From: Auanema rhodensis
Taxonomy: Eukaryota; Animalia; Nematoda
Assembly: GCA_964057225.1 (NCBI GenBank)
Contig: OZ059899.1
Location: 11,346,001-11,410,000, forward strand
Direction: 5' to 3'
Length of the DNA stretch: 64,000 nt
The position numbers and the translations under genes were made by a program. Below the pieces are notes generated by a model. It worked only from the letters and a program-made list of their open reading frames with translations, was not told the DNA's origin and made no database searches. Shown one piece after another: positions 62,687 through 64,000 of the stretch. The stretch's first letter is position 1, and every line of letters begins with the position of its first letter.

Positions 62687-63690
62687 ATTTTTTTTCATTT
62701 TGAAGATAGAGGGCTCTTCAAATAGCCTCCCAGGTTCACACTTTCTATTCTATGCCCTGTTAACGTAAAAGACTATTAGAGGAAGAAAGATTCATTCATA
62801 TGCCATTCAGATATACATAATACAGAATATAAGGACTAGAAGATATATAATAAGACTAGATAAAGTACATAGAAGACTAGAGTGAATGTAATAAGACTAG
62901 ATATACATCACTAATAAGACTAGAGATAGTCTTACTAAAGGACAAGGATAAAACGGTGGTTCAGACTAGATGAGTCATAAGATAAAGACAGCAACGAGGA
63001 GAGAGAAAAGCGACCGTCCGCGACGGTGGTATAAAACAGAGTGCCCGTGAATCTCATCAGCCAACGTGATGAGATTGCATCGATTGAATGATGAATAATC
63101 GCATTCGCGATATTCCGGGCCAGGAGAGAGAAATCAGAACTGATTTCATTCTGCTAGTTCCTCCGCAAACTGCAGCTTGCATAATACACCAGGATGATCG
63201 TGGTCCAGTCCGCTTCCTTTGCACACATGACATATTTTCTTCATCTTCTCCACTGCTAGTTCCTCCGCAAACTGCAGCTTGCATAATACACCAGGATGAT
63301 CGTGGTCCAGTCCGCTTCCTTTGCACACATGACATATTTTCTTCATCTTCTCCACACACGGTTTTCCAAAGTGGTTCCGCAAACACTTCAAGCACATGTT
63401 GATCAACTTGCAACGCTTGACGCGTTGTGCTGCAGTCTTGTAGACTGTGCATTTTCCCATGGTGTGGCCCTTCTTCCAACAGAGTTGACATTTCATGTCT
63501 TCTTCCATTTTTCTGTACTTCACTTTAGAGTTGTTCTGCTTTTTTGGTGCAGACATATTCTGACTTTTGTTAGGCATCTTTGCGTTGCCGTTATCCTGGA
63601 GTTGATCAAGGGAATCGCTCCATTCTTTGATGTTATCAAGACTGAAATAATGATGGTTTTTATACATAGTATACCTCCCCCCGGCGAACA
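62687..63690 (-). mobile_element. Second copy of the ~1-kb BEL/Pao-like fragment
   Basis: Near-identical to 59283-60286, offset 3404 bp, identical junctions. Confidence 0.6.
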
Positions 63691-63691
63691 T
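63146..63691 (-). CDS. Multi zinc-knuckle protein, BEL/Pao Gag-like (copy 2)
   Basis: Translation identical to 59742-60287. Confidence 0.6.
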   Translation of the reverse strand: MFAGGRYTMYKNHHYFSLDNIKEWSDSLDQLQDNGNAKMPNKSQNMSAPKKQNNSKVKYRKMEEDMKCQLCWKKGHTMGKCTVYKTAAQRVKRCKLINMCLKCLRNHFGKPCVEKMKKICHVCKGSGLDHDHPGVLCKLQFAEELAVEKMKKICHVCKGSGLDHDHPGVLCKLQFAEELAE

Positions 63692-64000
63692 TATACATCT
63701 TGACTATCACACATTGAGAACAACAGTTGGCAATGTTGGTTGTCACGTCATATTTCATGCAGTTAGATTTTCAGACACATTAATACCTTTGACCATTCTT
63801 CTTATGAGTTTTGTAACGATAGATCGTAATAGGAAATGAATTGCTATAATATGAAAAAATACAAGACATAGTCAACATTGATTTCCCCAAATAGTATCAT
63901 GTTTGCTTGTTATTCAATTAGAACACTTATTTTTTGATTGTTTTCTTGAAATATTCTTTTTTTTCTTTAACAAAGTTATGACTGAGATCAAAATTTGAAC

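Larger units (their letters stand above)
57369..64000. repeat. Continuation of the tRNA-Ile array, interrupted twice by a 1-kb insert (3404-bp higher-order repeat)
   Basis: Same 665-bp unit resumes after the LTR. Confidence 0.96.

Overview
AT-rich eukaryotic DNA, probably nematode (inferred from the tRNA sequence, intron style and element types). About two thirds of the window is a tandem array of a 665/666-bp unit, each carrying one minus-strand tRNA-Ile(AAT) gene: 54 copies in 9366-45298, then 5 full-length and 2 truncated copies in 57369-64000. An intact 12.07-kb Ty3/Gypsy LTR element (45299-57368) sits 59 bp upstream of a tRNA gene. It has one 2901-aa ORF in the unusual order Gag - internal signal peptide - herpes gB-like (class III) envelope - TM - protease - RT - RNase H - integrase. 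It also has non-canonical CG...CG LTR ends, a tRNA-Gln primer site, a Met-free N-terminal extension that probably starts at a non-AUG codon, and a predicted spliced antisense gene in its leader. A decayed relative lies at 1-9365 as two tandem copies sharing one LTR. A 1-kb BEL/Pao-Gag-like zinc-knuckle cassette disrupts a tRNA gene and has been co-amplified with the array. One array tRNA has an Ile-to-Thr anticodon change. All homology calls are by-eye motif recognition, not database searches.
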